Of a stretch of 64,000 nucleotides of DNA, positions 12,662-25,517 are shown in pieces. The notes beneath the pieces were generated by a model. That model was not told the origin of the DNA and did not search any database. It saw only the letters and a program-made list of their open reading frames with translations. How positions within the stretch are numbered: the stretch's first letter is position 1; every line of letters begins with the position of its first letter. A program made the translations under genes and the position numbers. This DNA is from Mayamaea pseudoterrestris. Lineage: Eukaryota. The stretch is taken from the NCBI GenBank assembly GCA_027923505.1, contig BROI01000004.1:1-64000 (forward strand), written 5' to 3'.

Positions 12662-14086
12662 TCACGACAAATTCTCCGCGAAAAAGGCATCCGCATCCAC
12701 CAAATCAAACTCTTGCTCCGAAACCGGTGGCAGTCCCTGCAGCTTTAGCTTTTGGTTGAATCGGTGCCAATCTGATTTAAAGTGAGTGCGATAGGCAGCA
12801 GCGCTGGGAAATGAGCCGCCGCAAGTGTTGCAACTCTTGGCATCTGGGTCAGTATACGTTGCCATTGCGGTACTGGCTAGAGCGTTGCTTGAGCGACTGG
12901 TTGTAGCTTCTGGCGCAATTTTATCCGATGAATCTGCATCCTCCTCATCCGCTGCCTCCTGCTGACGCTTGGACATTTTTGAATGCTTCTTTTGCTGCTG
13001 CCGAAGCTGCTTGCGCGACATTGGAACAACAGTCTCCTCCTTATCCGATTCAGAATCGTCACTCGCATTATCAGTATTATCATTATTTCGAAGAGACACT
13101 CCTGCCATTCTTTGCTCGGTAATGTCCAGTTCCGAGTCACTGCTGCTACTGCCCGAGCTGCTTTCGGAGTGCTTGTCGCGTTGTTGCTTGAGCTTGTCAC
13201 TCTCGTTAACGTTTGCAGTTCCGGCTAGCGTTTTCGCGCGCAAGTCGTTATTAATACCTCTTTCGCCGGAACGGTTGCCCTGCTGAGCAATATTAGCATT
13301 CACATCCGTCACCACTTGCTGGTGCACAATTTCCAGCTTTCCTCCCTTGATGGACTGCACCAGCTGATCAAGGTTTCGATACAGCGACGGATCAACCTGA
13401 ATGCGAATGACAAACAATGCATCACTTGTAGTCGCAGCATTCGTCGTTGGCTCCTGTCGCTCCACCATGAGAATAATCACAGGCGGTTCCATCTCCTTGA
13501 GCGTCGCCATGACTGAATCCTGCTCCTCGTGGGTGCATGTCAACAGGAGCTCCATTTTCGCACGCTCAATATCCAACACATTCTGTTGCTTCAAATACTT
13601 TAACGCATCCAAATACTGCTTTTTCAACGCTTTATGGGGCTGCACATTGTATCCGCTCGACGAAAGCGCACTCTGAATCTGCAACACCGTGTAGGGTTGC
13701 TGCGTCACCGAGTGCACGCAGTGGTTGGCCATCCACGTCGAAATCCGCGCCAGCGAGTCCGCCTGCTGGAGCTCCCGCTCCTTGTCCGACACTTGAACAA
13801 TAGATTTGGGATGATTCAAAATAATCTTGACAATCACTTGTTGGTCCGTCGTGTCAAAGACTTGGCGCAAGTCTTGCGTCTTGGCGAATTGTCCCTTGCT
13901 CACGTTGGTGAAAACGCGATCGGCTTGCAGCACTTCGGAAATGTCCGTCTCGTGACCGCTTCGATAATCCATAATCTTGTTGCGATAGCAAGCAATTTCG
14001 AATCGCTTGCCTTGCAACTGCAATTTGACGACGGCCACATTGGTGAGCTTGACTTGATTGATGGGTTGTTGAATTAAACGAGACAT
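12662..14086 (-). CDS. SBDS: Ribosome maturation factor SBDS/Sdo1 with C-terminal C2H2 zinc finger
   Basis: N-terminus QPINQVKLTNVAVV...KRFEIACY...VFTNVSKG; C-terminal CNTC...HFKSDWHRFN zinc finger. Confidence 0.95.
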   Translation of the reverse strand: MSRLIQQPINQVKLTNVAVVKLQLQGKRFEIACYRNKIMDYRSGHETDISEVLQADRVFTNVSKGQFAKTQDLRQVFDTTDQQVIVKIILNHPKSIVQVSDKERELQQADSLARISTWMANHCVHSVTQQPYTVLQIQSALSSSGYNVQPHKALKKQYLDALKYLKQQNVLDIERAKMELLLTCTHEEQDSVMATLKEMEPPVIILMVERQEPTTNAATTSDALFVIRIQVDPSLYRNLDQLVQSIKGGKLEIVHQQVVTDVNANIAQQGNRSGERGINNDLRAKTLAGTANVNESDKLKQQRDKHSESSSGSSSSDSELDITEQRMAGVSLRNNDNTDNASDDSESDKEETVVPMSRKQLRQQQKKHSKMSKRQQEAADEEDADSSDKIAPEATTSRSSNALASTAMATYTDPDAKSCNTCGGSFPSAAAYRTHFKSDWHRFNQKLKLQGLPPVSEQEFDLVDADAFFAENLS

Positions 14087-14512
14087 GGTGCTACTGCTGG
14101 TAGGGAACCTGAAAGTAGTTGGCTGCCAAAGGCGGTTAATTTATCACCAAAGCAATGGTGAATCTGGCGGATAAATCGTGCGCGGCTATTAATTTTTCGT
14201 TTGCTAGTCGCCTTGCGATCAATTCTGGAGGGCTGATGTGAAACGTGCGGCAGATTTGCCATGGCCTCGTTTCTGTGCGCCCGCGTTTCAAAACGTCGTA
14301 CCGGCATACAGTACGAACAGACAGTAACAGTGTGACAGCATTGTTTGCTGCGATGACGCCAGCGAGGGACGACGACGTTGGCCTCGGAAGCTGCAACCAC
14401 ATCCTTGGATCAACCATGGGAAGCAAAAAGAACAAAAGCTCTTTCGCCTCGCTATCAATCTAAAAGAGTAGACTCATCTCGCTACATTATACGGCTTCAA
14501 GTACCGGTAGTC

Positions 14513-16141
14513 ATGGCTCCTCGCGCTCAAACGCCAACGGACGCGTCTCTCGTTAACGAGACGATTGAGCAGCCCTCTCCCAAGCGTGCTGCTGCAAACG
14601 GCCAACAGGAGAGCATTGCTCCAAAGCAAAAACGATTTCATACCTTTCATCATGAGCTTAATGTGTATACCTTTGGTTTCCTTTTTTTCATGTACAAAAT
14701 CTTTGTCATTCCTCCCATGATGGTCAAGATCTCACTGACACTGATTGCATTGGATGCCGCCAAGTATTACTACTACAAAGGAAGTAAACCCGGCGTAGTT
14801 TATACACTGCCTTTCGTCTCGCTGATTGCCATGATCATCAAACCGACGCGTTTCTGGGCGGAAATGGCTGACATTGCTATGGAATCCGAAGCTGGCATGT
14901 GTACCAACTTGTTGGTGAGCAACTTTATGGTGTTTTGCACCGATCCGCAACTCTGTCGAGACATTTTGACGGGAGAAGGATCGTTTGGTGTATACGCCCA
15001 TCCAAATGCTCTCTGGCTCTTTGATCCAGATAATCTCATTTACCTTGACCGGGAACCGCACAAAAAGTTTCGCGCCATTTTGACGCCGGCACTCTTCTCC
15101 AGCGAGGCCTTGGCCCAGTACGCGCAGGCGCAGGAACGCGTCGTGCGAGCCTACATGGTCAAGTACAAGGAGAAGTGCACTGCTTCCGGCAAGCCGATTG
15201 ACTTGAAAACTAGCTTTCGCAGCATGGCTGCCGCATCGTCGCAGGAATCATTCATTGGGCCTTATCTGACGGATGAGATTCGTAGCCACTTGGAGCGTGA
15301 TATACTCACCTTTACCATGGGCTTTCTCTGCTTTCCGTTTCCATATTTCTTTGGACTTAGCAAAGCCATTCAGGCCAAGCATCGCATTGAAAAGACCGTC
15401 ATGGAGATTGTTCCCAAGGCGCGTGCTTATATTGCGGCTGGCAATGAACCGCGCTGCATGATTGAACACTGGTGTAAAAGCATTATTGACGCTGCCAAGG
15501 AGCTTGGCTGTGAGCCGCACGAGGTGCCTCAGTGCAAGGATAACGATTTGGCTCGATCAGTGCTTGACTTTATGTTTGCCGCGCAGGATGCCACCAACTC
15601 GGCTCTTGCAGCGTCAGTTGATGTGCTGGATGCGCGTCGAGATGTTTTAACAAGGCTCCGGCAGGAAGTTGATGACAAGTGTGGAAAGGGAGAAATTTGG
15701 AGCCAGTCACGTGCCGTTGATGGCTTGCCCTACCTTGCCAAGGTTGCGAATCAGCTTTTGCACCACAAGCCGCCCGTTCCAATGATTCCTCACATTACCA
15801 AGAAGCCAGCCATGCTAGGGGGTCATGCTTTGCCCAAGGGATGCGTCGCTATTCCATCGATTCAGTACTCTGCTCGTGCTAGTGGAGCGAGTATTGAGTT
15901 TTTACCCGAGCGCGAGGATCAGGACTCGCAGTTTGTCAAGACGGTGACGTTTGGAGGTGGCCAACACAAGTGTCCCGGAAGGAGGTATGCTGAGTCGCTG
16001 CTCAATGTCTTTTTGGCGGTAGTTGCGCAAGAGTATGATTTTCATCGCACTGGACGTCGTCCTACCGCCGATGAGTTTGTTTACTTTCCGACCATTTTTC
16101 CGGAGGATTGTAACTTTGTGATCAAGGCGAGAAGCAATTAA
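14513..16141 (+). CDS. Cytochrome P450, sterol C-22 desaturase-like (CYP710/CYP61 clan)
   Basis: I-helix FMFAAQDATNS (the AxQDA motif typical of CYP710/ERG5), heme motif FGGGQHKCPG, N-terminal membrane anchor. ATG at 14513. Confidence 0.85.
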   Translation: MAPRAQTPTDASLVNETIEQPSPKRAAANGQQESIAPKQKRFHTFHHELNVYTFGFLFFMYKIFVIPPMMVKISLTLIALDAAKYYYYKGSKPGVVYTLPFVSLIAMIIKPTRFWAEMADIAMESEAGMCTNLLVSNFMVFCTDPQLCRDILTGEGSFGVYAHPNALWLFDPDNLIYLDREPHKKFRAILTPALFSSEALAQYAQAQERVVRAYMVKYKEKCTASGKPIDLKTSFRSMAAASSQESFIGPYLTDEIRSHLERDILTFTMGFLCFPFPYFFGLSKAIQAKHRIEKTVMEIVPKARAYIAAGNEPRCMIEHWCKSIIDAAKELGCEPHEVPQCKDNDLARSVLDFMFAAQDATNSALAASVDVLDARRDVLTRLRQEVDDKCGKGEIWSQSRAVDGLPYLAKVANQLLHHKPPVPMIPHITKKPAMLGGHALPKGCVAIPSIQYSARASGASIEFLPEREDQDSQFVKTVTFGGGQHKCPGRRYAESLLNVFLAVVAQEYDFHRTGRRPTADEFVYFPTIFPEDCNFVIKARSN

Positions 16142-16811
16142 GCAATGATTTGGTCACATGTTATCTTGATAGTGTGCTTGGTTTTTGTTGTTGATGTGCT
16201 GTGATGATGATCATATGATCCAAGCTGTCTATCGGTTCAATTTGGTTATTATGTGTGAGATGTAGGAAGACCGGTGGAGTTGGCTATCACTTGAAAGGAG
16301 CTTAACATTCGATAAGCCATATAAGTGTATTTCTTGCTAAATTACACATGTGCGGCCTTCCATTAGCTCCCTAGTAAACTTGCACTAGTTAATAATCAAA
16401 TGTCAAATGCATGCGTTTCGAAACGTCGTGACGGTTTTGCAGTACGACGCCGCGTAAAAAAGCCAACGGCATTGCGGCGTTTATAATAGTAACTCATCAA
16501 AGAGTTCTTTAGTCATACACATGGCAATGGGCCTTGTAAGTTATTATAAAAGACGGACCAGTCATTGACAATTGTGCCAATCAGACCAAACAGATCAGCC
16601 TACGGAAAGCATCCCGTTGGGCACTGTCCCAAACTTGAGGTACAATTGTTATAGTCTACTTCAACAAATGTATCTGCAGAAACAGGATCCTGAGGGTACT
16701 CGTATGCTGACTAATATTTACCGTTAATCGCACAGAGGAAGTTGACAGAATGCTATTCTCCTCTTACAAATAGACGTGCGGCAGGCTTACATTCCATCGA
16801 GTGGTGTCTCG

Positions 16812-19800
16812 TTACGCCAGGCTAATCAGCATTTCAGCATCAAGCCCTCGTATGTTATCAAACAATAGTCGGATAATCATTCGTCCACCCTCCGCTCCAC
16901 CATCGGCATTAGCCCTATTCCAATCAAACTCGACCGTTCGGACTACATCGAATTTCCCCAACCTGTCGATTCGGATTGACGACTGTCCCAAAAGCATCTT
17001 TTGGTGATAGCTACCAAGAAGAATCGTCAAGGAAACTTCATTGTCGGCCTTGTCTCGTTGGCGTTCCATCTGTAAATGCATTTCAAGCTTGCCGACTGCC
17101 TTTCCGGTCACCTTATTGATATGATGAGAGACCGCACACTTATTCAAGTTGACGAGTGGCAATCTAAAAAGGGTGGTGATGGCCACATCAACTCTCTTCT
17201 TGTCCAAACGCGTCAATTGTGAAATGGTATTCACAGCAGTTGCACGTGGCATCGCGCGAATTTCTCGTAAAGAAATGGTATGGTTGCTGGTCTTCTGCTT
17301 GTTTACCGTAAGCTCAGGAGCACCAACTAGGAGCAACACGGGGTCGCTCTGTGGTGTACTTTTGGTTGCAACGAATTGTCGCGTCCGAGAAAATTGCGTC
17401 AGCAACTCGAAGCTGCCTGGCTGCTCCTTGTCCTGGCCAGCGATAAACTCCATCGCCGCTAGCAGACGGGGTATATTGTCGACCACGCTCATTGTATCGT
17501 TCACGTAGTCGGTGATCGGAAGCTTGGCACGCTGCAAATAGGCTTGCACAAGCAAAAAGCATTTTGTGTGAGGATCTTGGAAGATCTCAACATTGTAACT
17601 TCGCCGACCGGAAAGCAGCATCGTCATGTCTGGGCCCCACATGAGACTACGGCTTAGCTCCTCGTTTAAATGCTCCTCATTATGGCGGACAGGGTGTTCG
17701 TCAAACTCATGTGTGGAACAGAGCGTGTACAACAGCCATCCGGATGCAACTTCGTCGATGCCTGGCGAGCGTTCAAATGAACTCAAAGTCGTTTTAAGGG
17801 AGTCGCTGACTTTGGAATTTGTTTCTTCTTCAAGGTATTTCAGAACAATGCGTCGGCCTTCTTTGACGCCAAACTGCATTTGTTTTGGTGTGCGATGGCT
17901 GAGATAATAACTCGCAGCTGCAATAGACAATGGAGTAGACTTAACCTGGGCAGTGTCGTCGTTTGGCTGAGTAACGATGCAGCCGCTCTCGTCAAGTTGG
18001 GCCAGCGTGTCTTTTACAGTGGAAAAGAGAAACTCTTCGACGTCATCGTCGTCGGATGACTTGGCGCCATAATAAGATGGGTTGGCTTTTACCCGGCGCG
18101 CAAAAAATGTCCACGACAGATAACCCAGCGCATCCACCGTCGTTGATATCGTCCCACTTGCAATTTCAGCATTAATGTTTTCGCATAATTTTTCTTGTAG
18201 ACACGACTCCACTGGGAACGAGGTATACTACGTAAAATTGACACGCAAGGGTTAGTATGTAAACATGTGTGCGCTCACAGCAAGCAGAGAAACGTTCGCT
18301 CACCAAAAACTTCTTATAAAAATTCTTCTTGTCTTCAGTAGCCATTACCACCGCGAATGCTTGCGTATCAAATCCTGGCCTGCCAGCGCGACCAATCATC
18401 TGCAAAACATCAGTCAAGGGATAATCTACGTAACGCGAAGACTTCCCATCAAAATATTCGGTTCCTTTAACAATGCATAATCGTCCGGGCAAATTCAGGC
18501 CCCAGGCAAGGGTACTATGTACAGGATGAGAGTATTGTAGATCAGCGCAAGAAGTCACTCGGCAAACGATGACACTATAAATGACTTACGCAGTTGCGAC
18601 CAAAACACGAATCCGACCTTCTAAAAACAATCGCTCAACAACCTCTCGATCAGCAGAAGTAAGGCCCGCATGATGCAAACCGATGCCAAACGTCAGCGTA
18701 TGGCGTAGTGACTCGTCGCGGATATTCTCGGCAACCGATTCGATGTAGTCTTGGCTACAGTCCAGAAAGGACATAGGCTGTTCATCACTAGCTGCATAGC
18801 TAATTAAATCAATCGCCGTGAGACGAGTCTGGCGACGCGAAGCAACAAATATAAGAGTTGGTTTCGTCGGAGCATAGTCCTTTATAGCCGCATAGCAAGG
18901 CTTGTTCATCGTTGCCATTCTGGGGCAATAATGCTTGCCGGAAAATCCCTGAACGTGCACCGCGATGGGTATCGGCCTAACATATTGAGAGAAATTGAAC
19001 AGACCTTGTCGGTTGCTCGTACACGTACTTTCTGTCTCAATGCCAATCCAAGCGCCTAAATCGACGGCGTTCGCGAGGGACGTGGAAAGCCCGACAATAC
19101 GTGTTTCTTCCTCGCCCTTCGGCCCTTTCGATTGTTGCAGCGTTCGAGAAATAAACCGGGTCCTACTAACAATGGCTTCGAGGACAGCTCCTCTTTCTTC
19201 GCCGAGCAAGTGCACTTTAACGAATAGAAAAGATTGAATTAGATGCAATACTGGTGATCACTAGTCCATAGTCGACACTAGCTTACCTTCGTCTATCACG
19301 AGAAGGCCCACACGTTTCACGAACGATTTTTCCTTAACGGCGTCCCCCGTTTGAAAACCTCGCCATCCGCGTGAGAGAAGATCCCATTTTTCAGGTGTGC
19401 ATACTAGCACATCCGATCGTTCCAGCCGTGACAAATCATGATGCGTATCACCCGACAATTCCAAGACGTTCCAGTTAAGGGGTGGCGCACCAAGTCGTCG
19501 CTGCCAATCCTTCAGTCTCTCTCGGGCAAGCGCCTTTAGTGGAGCAATGTAAACGCAGATGCTTGAGGGTCGGAGTTTCTTCATTCGGAGAAGAGCTAAC
19601 TCTGCGACGATTGTCTTGCCACTTCCTGTTGGCGCACCCAGCAGAACGGGAGAATCCGTATGGTAGAGAACATGAAACAATTGCGTCTGAATCGGGTTAA
19701 ATGCATGAAACGGATACAATTTTTCATAAGCAGCATTTTGTAAAGCCGACGTCGGAAGGGGAGTCAAGTCTTGAAGCTTCGTCAACACTTCATCTTGCTT

Positions 19801-22800
19801 GGGTAACTGAGATTCTTCAATAGAGATAGGTACAACCTGCTCAACACCGACCCACGAGTCGGATATGATCTTTACCACAAATTGGCCTGACTCGCCAAAA
19901 ATTGGTGCCATGGCATCAATCGCAAATGAGCTTGCACTCTTTGCTTTTGTCAGTGTGAACTGCTCATGGTGGTAGATGCGCTTACTCTCAGTGTTCTCGA
20001 TCCAGAACCAAAATGATTGTCCGCCCCCATGCCATCGTCCATGCCAAACAAACGCCGGCGACAATGTGACGTGGAATTTGAGTATACTACCTGTTACAGG
20101 CAACACACGACACTCCACCTCAAATTGAGGAAGCATACGGATCAAACTTTGTACTTTCTCGCCACCTTTGTTCCAATGACAAAGGCTACCAACCTCATTT
20201 GGGTGCAGGTCGAGCAAAGACGTGACTGACGCAAGCCCACTGTATTCGGAGCTGACGGCCTTTTCGAGATGTAGAAGCGCATTATCGCGAATCTCGCCTT
20301 CAAACTGTCGTAATGGTGTTTGAAACCACCAGATTCGATTATCAACGCTCTTCGCAATCCGTAACAGTTTCATTGCTGACCCAGCATCACCTTGCTTGAG
20401 ACACATCTCAAAAAGCGCCCGCGCGATACGTCCAGCGTTCGCCGAGATATAATTAACGTCTGATATGAGTGTAAAACTAGTTATCCGTTCCTTTGATATG
20501 TAGGCCTGAATAAGCAGGAAGGCCTTGTCTGTGGCACTAGTAACGAGGCCTCTGCCCCGATCATCAAGTCCAGCACCTCTAATCTCCAAGGGACAATTGC
20601 CAGCAATCTTCTCAAGTTCCTCCAGTTCTTCTTGCCGCACTTTCATATTCTGAAACTCGCTAGCCGATGCAATGGTGTGAACAAGGGATGCATTCGAAAG
20701 ATTTTTGTTACTTCCCATCTGTTCATTAAACGTCGCCACACTCTCAGATTGAACGTAAAAGTGAGCGGCTGTTCGTCCCATTTCTCTGGCAGACAAATTG
20801 CCGGATGCTTGTGCATAGGCGATCATCTTAGTGGCACTAAGATGCTTCGCGGCATGCACGATGAGCTCGCGGCGGCGAGACACAAGCGTTGGATCATCAT
20901 TCTTCTCCTCGGGTTTGATTCCATACGCCAGAGGATTGCCAAGCATTCTGATATGCAGGTACGTGTATCCAAGCCATTGCACGGCTTCTTGTATGGTCGA
21001 CACGGTTCCACCCACAATCTCTGCGTTCAAATGATCTGGAAGTTGTTTGATAAAGTTTGACTCGATTGGGACGGCACGGACAAGTTTTGTTATATATCGC
21101 TGATAAGCGTCATACGACGTTATTAAAGTTGCTTCACCTGAAGAGTCAAACTGCGGTCGACCAGCTCGTCCAAAAATTTGTTGCACATCCAAAATCGATA
21201 GATCGACGGCGCCACCCTTCTCAGGGTTGTACACTTCTGTTCCTTTTATTATCACCCTGTTGTACAGCAAGAGTGACGCTGTTGTGAGAATCAAGTTCCG
21301 CTATTGTGTAGTATAAAACAAATACAGCACCAATATTCCTACGTGTGCGCCGGAAGATTAATTCCCCATGCTAGCGTCTAGTCGATGAAGTGATAAGTAG
21401 GGTTAGTGCACGCTTTTACGAGAAGATGCACGACATCCAACGAAAACTTACGCTGTCATTTCAGAAACCGAGCGAGTACGGCGACGAATGTAAGTGCACG
21501 AATGGAAAACCAATAAACACAAGCGTATAATCACTATTTTTTGCATGGCTTACGCTGTGCAGCATAGGACTTTTATGGCACCGTCGCTAAACATGTTCTC
21601 CGTCAGCTTGCGGTCGCCACGCAACATTCCAGCATGGTGAATTCCCATACCATTCTGGAAATGTATGGCTACTTGACGGTCCCTCGACTTGATCACCTTG
21701 TCCTTGTATCTACTATATGCATCTCCGGCAACACCGTCCTTCCCAGCTGTGACGAAATGACTTTCGAGAGCGCCATCTGCTGCAGCGAGATCCGCCAACG
21801 CGCGCGCCGTATCACCAGTACCCTTTCTTGAATGCACAAATACCATTACTTGATAGCCACGACGTAGCGAATCAATGACGATGTCATAGCAAATCTCATT
21901 CATTTTTAAATCCCTTTGCCTTCGATCCTTCGTTGAGATCCCAATCATTGATTGTTGCAAAGGCACCGGGCGAAATTCAGGCCCAAAGAAAAAGATTCCT
22001 CGAGGAGGCACTTGAAGAAAGTTCGCGACATCCATATAATTCGGCAGTGTTGCCGACAAGGCCACAATTCGAAGTTGGCGCTGACGCGCTTCCACGAGCC
22101 TGTGATGTCGAGCCACTACGGACTCAATGACAGCGCCTCGATCATCCGCTAGCAAATGGACCTGAGCCGTAGGGCAGGGGGCGTCAGCGATGATGAAACA
22201 CTCACAACACAAATAACAATGGAAACTATTGTCATCGTACCTCGTCAATAATCAAGAGACCACACTGATTGCCGAGCGAAAGTTCATCCGTGCCGGACTT
22301 GCGCGTCACAACATCCCATTTTTCGGGAGTTGTGACAATGACATTGGCCGACTCTGCTTCGGCCCGGGTCAGTTGCATGTCGCCCGTTAGTTCGCGCACG
22401 ATGAGCCGCAACGATTTCAGCTTGGAGGAAAACTTTTCGACAACTTCCTGCGCCAATGCCTTCATTGGTGCAATGTAGACAACCTTGCGTCCAGTCTCCA
22501 TAATGGTTTGGTTGCTCGCTGACGCGCCTGGAAGCAACCCAACGTCTCGAAAATGCGAGACTACCGTCAACATTGCCACGTTCGTTTTCCCAGCTCCCGT
22601 GGGCGCACACACAAGCATGTTTTCACGGCCCCAAAAGGCAACGTCAAAGACTGTTGATTGCATCGGATTGAGTGTTTCCGTACCGTCAAACGCGCGCTGG
22701 CAGGCTTCGTCCATTACTTCACGAATCTTGAGACGGTCCGGTAGCTTTGACTCATCTCGACGAGCAGCTGGAATGATAACCTTTTCGTAGCCACTCCCCT

Positions 22801-23689
22801 TTTCAAATATTGTTCCAAACGGCAACCCCTTATCGTTGTAGTATTGCTTGGCACCACTTGCCAGCAGCGAATCCTGCAGTGCCTCCAAATCATTTGTCGA
22901 TTTCTTCATCAAGCCCCCCGGTCCTCGCTCCTGCAAGTCAAGTTTCCAAAAGATTTCATCGTCAAGAATGGCACCTTGCTCCTTGGCGCGAGCCAATGCT
23001 TGCGCCGCCTTTTTCTCGAGTCGCTCCACCTGCTTGACGGCGTCGCGATTGGATTGTCGAACCACCGAGTGCGTCAGCGTTTCTGATGAGTTACTATATA
23101 AATTGGCGTTCTCCAGCTCCTGTCGTGCCAGCTCGGCCAGTTGCGCCGCTTCCCTGGCTTCCTGCAGCAAAAATTGTCGCTTTTCTTCCTCCAAGTCAAG
23201 GTAGACTGAATCGGATGCAATAATATTGCCATTTTGCACTGCTGCATCTCCCGATACTAGTTCGTCTCGCCGCATGTTACGAGCAATCTCCCGCATCACT
23301 GGCATGATCTCCAACAAGACTGCCATGGCCTGATCGGACGACCCAAGCACGTCAAAGAGGGCAGCCTGCTGCGACGCTTCGTCGAGTGATTCGTTCGTTG
23401 CCACGTCGAAAATGCACTCGGCCAAGTAGTTGGCACCCAATGCGGATGATACAGTGGAACAATGTTTCAGCAGCCATGATGCATTGATGAGTGATGTTGA
23501 GGAGGCTGGATAATCTTGCAATGGTGAAGATGCTTCGTTGAATGATTCTCTTGACGCATGAGACGACTTTAGAATGGGCAGAGCGTCACGTAATGCGACG
23601 GCGAGGTCAACAAAAGCTGACTGCACCTTTGCATCACATACAGGTGCTTTCTTCTTGTTGGAACAAAGACCTTTGAGGAAGGCTTCCAT
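16812..23689 (-). CDS. ASCC3: ASCC3/Slh1 tandem Ski2-like helicase. Proposed exons: 23689-22241, 22161-21554, 21452, 21377-21343, 21256-19287, 19214-18590, 18514-18304, 18227-16812
   Basis: Two helicase cassettes (APTGAGKT and [23 protein letters not shown]), Sec63 domains and the ASCC3-type [11 protein letters not shown]. The GT-AG introns I read restore the frame. Confidence 0.9.
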
Positions 23690-24097
23690 ATTATAGATTA
23701 GAAAGCGTGGGTTGCTAATGGTCGTCAGTCGTCGAGGCTTGTCGAGGCTCGAGAGGCAGGTCGAAAGGTTTTCGAGTGTGGTGGCAACGCCTTTTTCAAC
23801 CTTTACCAAACACCACAGTAAGTCAATGTCACTCTTGGACCAGATCAGCCGGCTTTCAACTCAGTCTCTTGATCCCGTACGGTAGCAAGCTGGGATGACG
23901 AGTGATGGCTCGCACGTTTCGCGGCGGCGAGGAATGCCAGACACGCTGCGACTTTTTAGAACTGCTGCGACAATAATTCACGCAACCGCGCCGACGCAAC
24001 GGAAAATGCGCCTTCATCGAGGAACCGATTCAGAATCATGGCAGCAGCAGCGTCGTCTTCATCTTCCATCGCACCACTGTCTCTTACTGTCTTGATC

Positions 24098-25393
24098 ATG
24101 TCTAATTGGAAGAATGAACATTCGTTTGGAACGCCGCCTCCAGCTCCAATAGGCAGCATGTGCGCTTTATTTGGTGCGGCGCCGGCTCCTCCCCTCTTTG
24201 GCGAAACATCTGCAGCTCCGCACAGTTTTGGCGGGTTTGGAGGAGGCCATTGATTCTCGGCGTCATCTGGAGGATTTGGATTCCCGTCGGCGACGTCTGG
24301 AGCATTTGGAGCGCCGGCTCCAGCTCCAAGTGGCAGCTTTTTTTGTACAACGCCAGCTCCAAGCAGCTTATTTGGTGCGGCGCCAGCTCCTTCACTCTTT
24401 GGCGAAACATCCGCAGCTCCGCACAGCTTTGGCGGGTTTGGAGGAGACCATGGATTCTCGACGACCTCTGGAGGATTTGGAGCGCCGCTGGCGACTTCTG
24501 GAGGATTTGGGTTTGAAATGCAGCCTTTTCTCTCGGCTTTTGGAGCGCCGTTGGCGACATCTGGAGGATTTGGTTTTGGAACGCAGCCTGGTTTCTCGGC
24601 TTTTGGAGCGCCGTCGGCGACATCTGGAGGATTTGGGTTTGGAACGCAGCCTGGTACGTCGCTAAATTGGATGGGCGGATTTTCCGGGGCTACGGCAGCT
24701 TTTGGAGCGTTGCAGCAGCCGCAGCCACACATACCTTTCATTGGACGTAAGAAAGATCCAGCTCACCGCTTTGACCTGCCTCGCTCGCCTTTTCCTTTCG
24801 CGACAGCTCCCGCTTCGCATGAGTCAGCCGGATTTGGAACCGCGCCGTCCTTTGGTTTTCCGCCGGCCGCCGCAACTGGCTTTGCGCCACCTGCTTTTGG
24901 ATCGAATAGCTTTTCTTTCGCTTCAATTCAAGCTGCAGCTGCAGCTGCCTTTCGAGCCCCCACTTGCCGCAACAATTCAGTCGTCCCAACGTCAAAGACG
25001 GGCGGCAGCAACTCGGTCCTTGTCGGACATCTTGCGCAGGAAATTGTTGATCGCATCAACAAGCTCGAGTACAATGACTGGAAGGAGAAGGTCTTTGGCT
25101 ACTTTAGCCGCAAGTCGATCCAGGCGCAGTCGGATTCGAACATGATGGATGAAGACTTTGGAGACAAGTTGCTCGCTCTTCTGAAGCATTTGGAAGTGCT
25201 TGCCAAGATCTCCGTCTTGAAGCTGGTGGTGTGGAAGGCCAAGTGTCGTTTGCACTCGAGCGACGAAAACGCCGACCCGCTTGGCGCCGTCATGTGGTAC
25301 AGTAAGGGATGGAAAAAAGTCAAGCAGCATTACGTTGACGACGCGGCGATTGAAACGGTTGCGAAACTCATTCGGCCATGGCTCGGGGAGTAA
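24098..25393 (+). pseudogene. FG-repeat-rich protein with a conserved C-terminal domain, interrupted by one in-frame TGA (24251-24253)
   Basis: ATG 24098 is in frame with the 24518-25393 ORF. CAT TGA TTC corresponds to CAT GGA TTC in the internal repeat 201 bp downstream. Paralog of 25984-26853. Confidence 0.65.
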
Positions 25394-25409
25394 GCGAGCG
25401 ACAAGAGTA

Positions 25410-25517
25410 ATTACATCAATGAAACATGAAAGCGACATGAGTGTCGGGGTTTGACAGCAACAGATTACATCAATGAAACATGAAAGCGACATGAGTGTCG
25501 GGGTTTGACAGCAACAG
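25410..25517. repeat. Perfect 54-bp tandem duplication
   Basis: attacatcaatgaaacatgaaagcgacatgagtgtcggggtttgacagcaacag occurs at 25410-25463 and 25464-25517. Confidence 0.95.

Noticed and set aside
12662..12850. Zinc finger on SBDS as a novel fusion
   Set aside because: C-terminal zinc fingers are already known in plant and protist SBDS.
23956..24741. 261-aa minus-strand ORF with PNPP repeats
   Set aside because: It is the antisense shadow of the FG-repeat gene; the plus strand is supported by the paralog.
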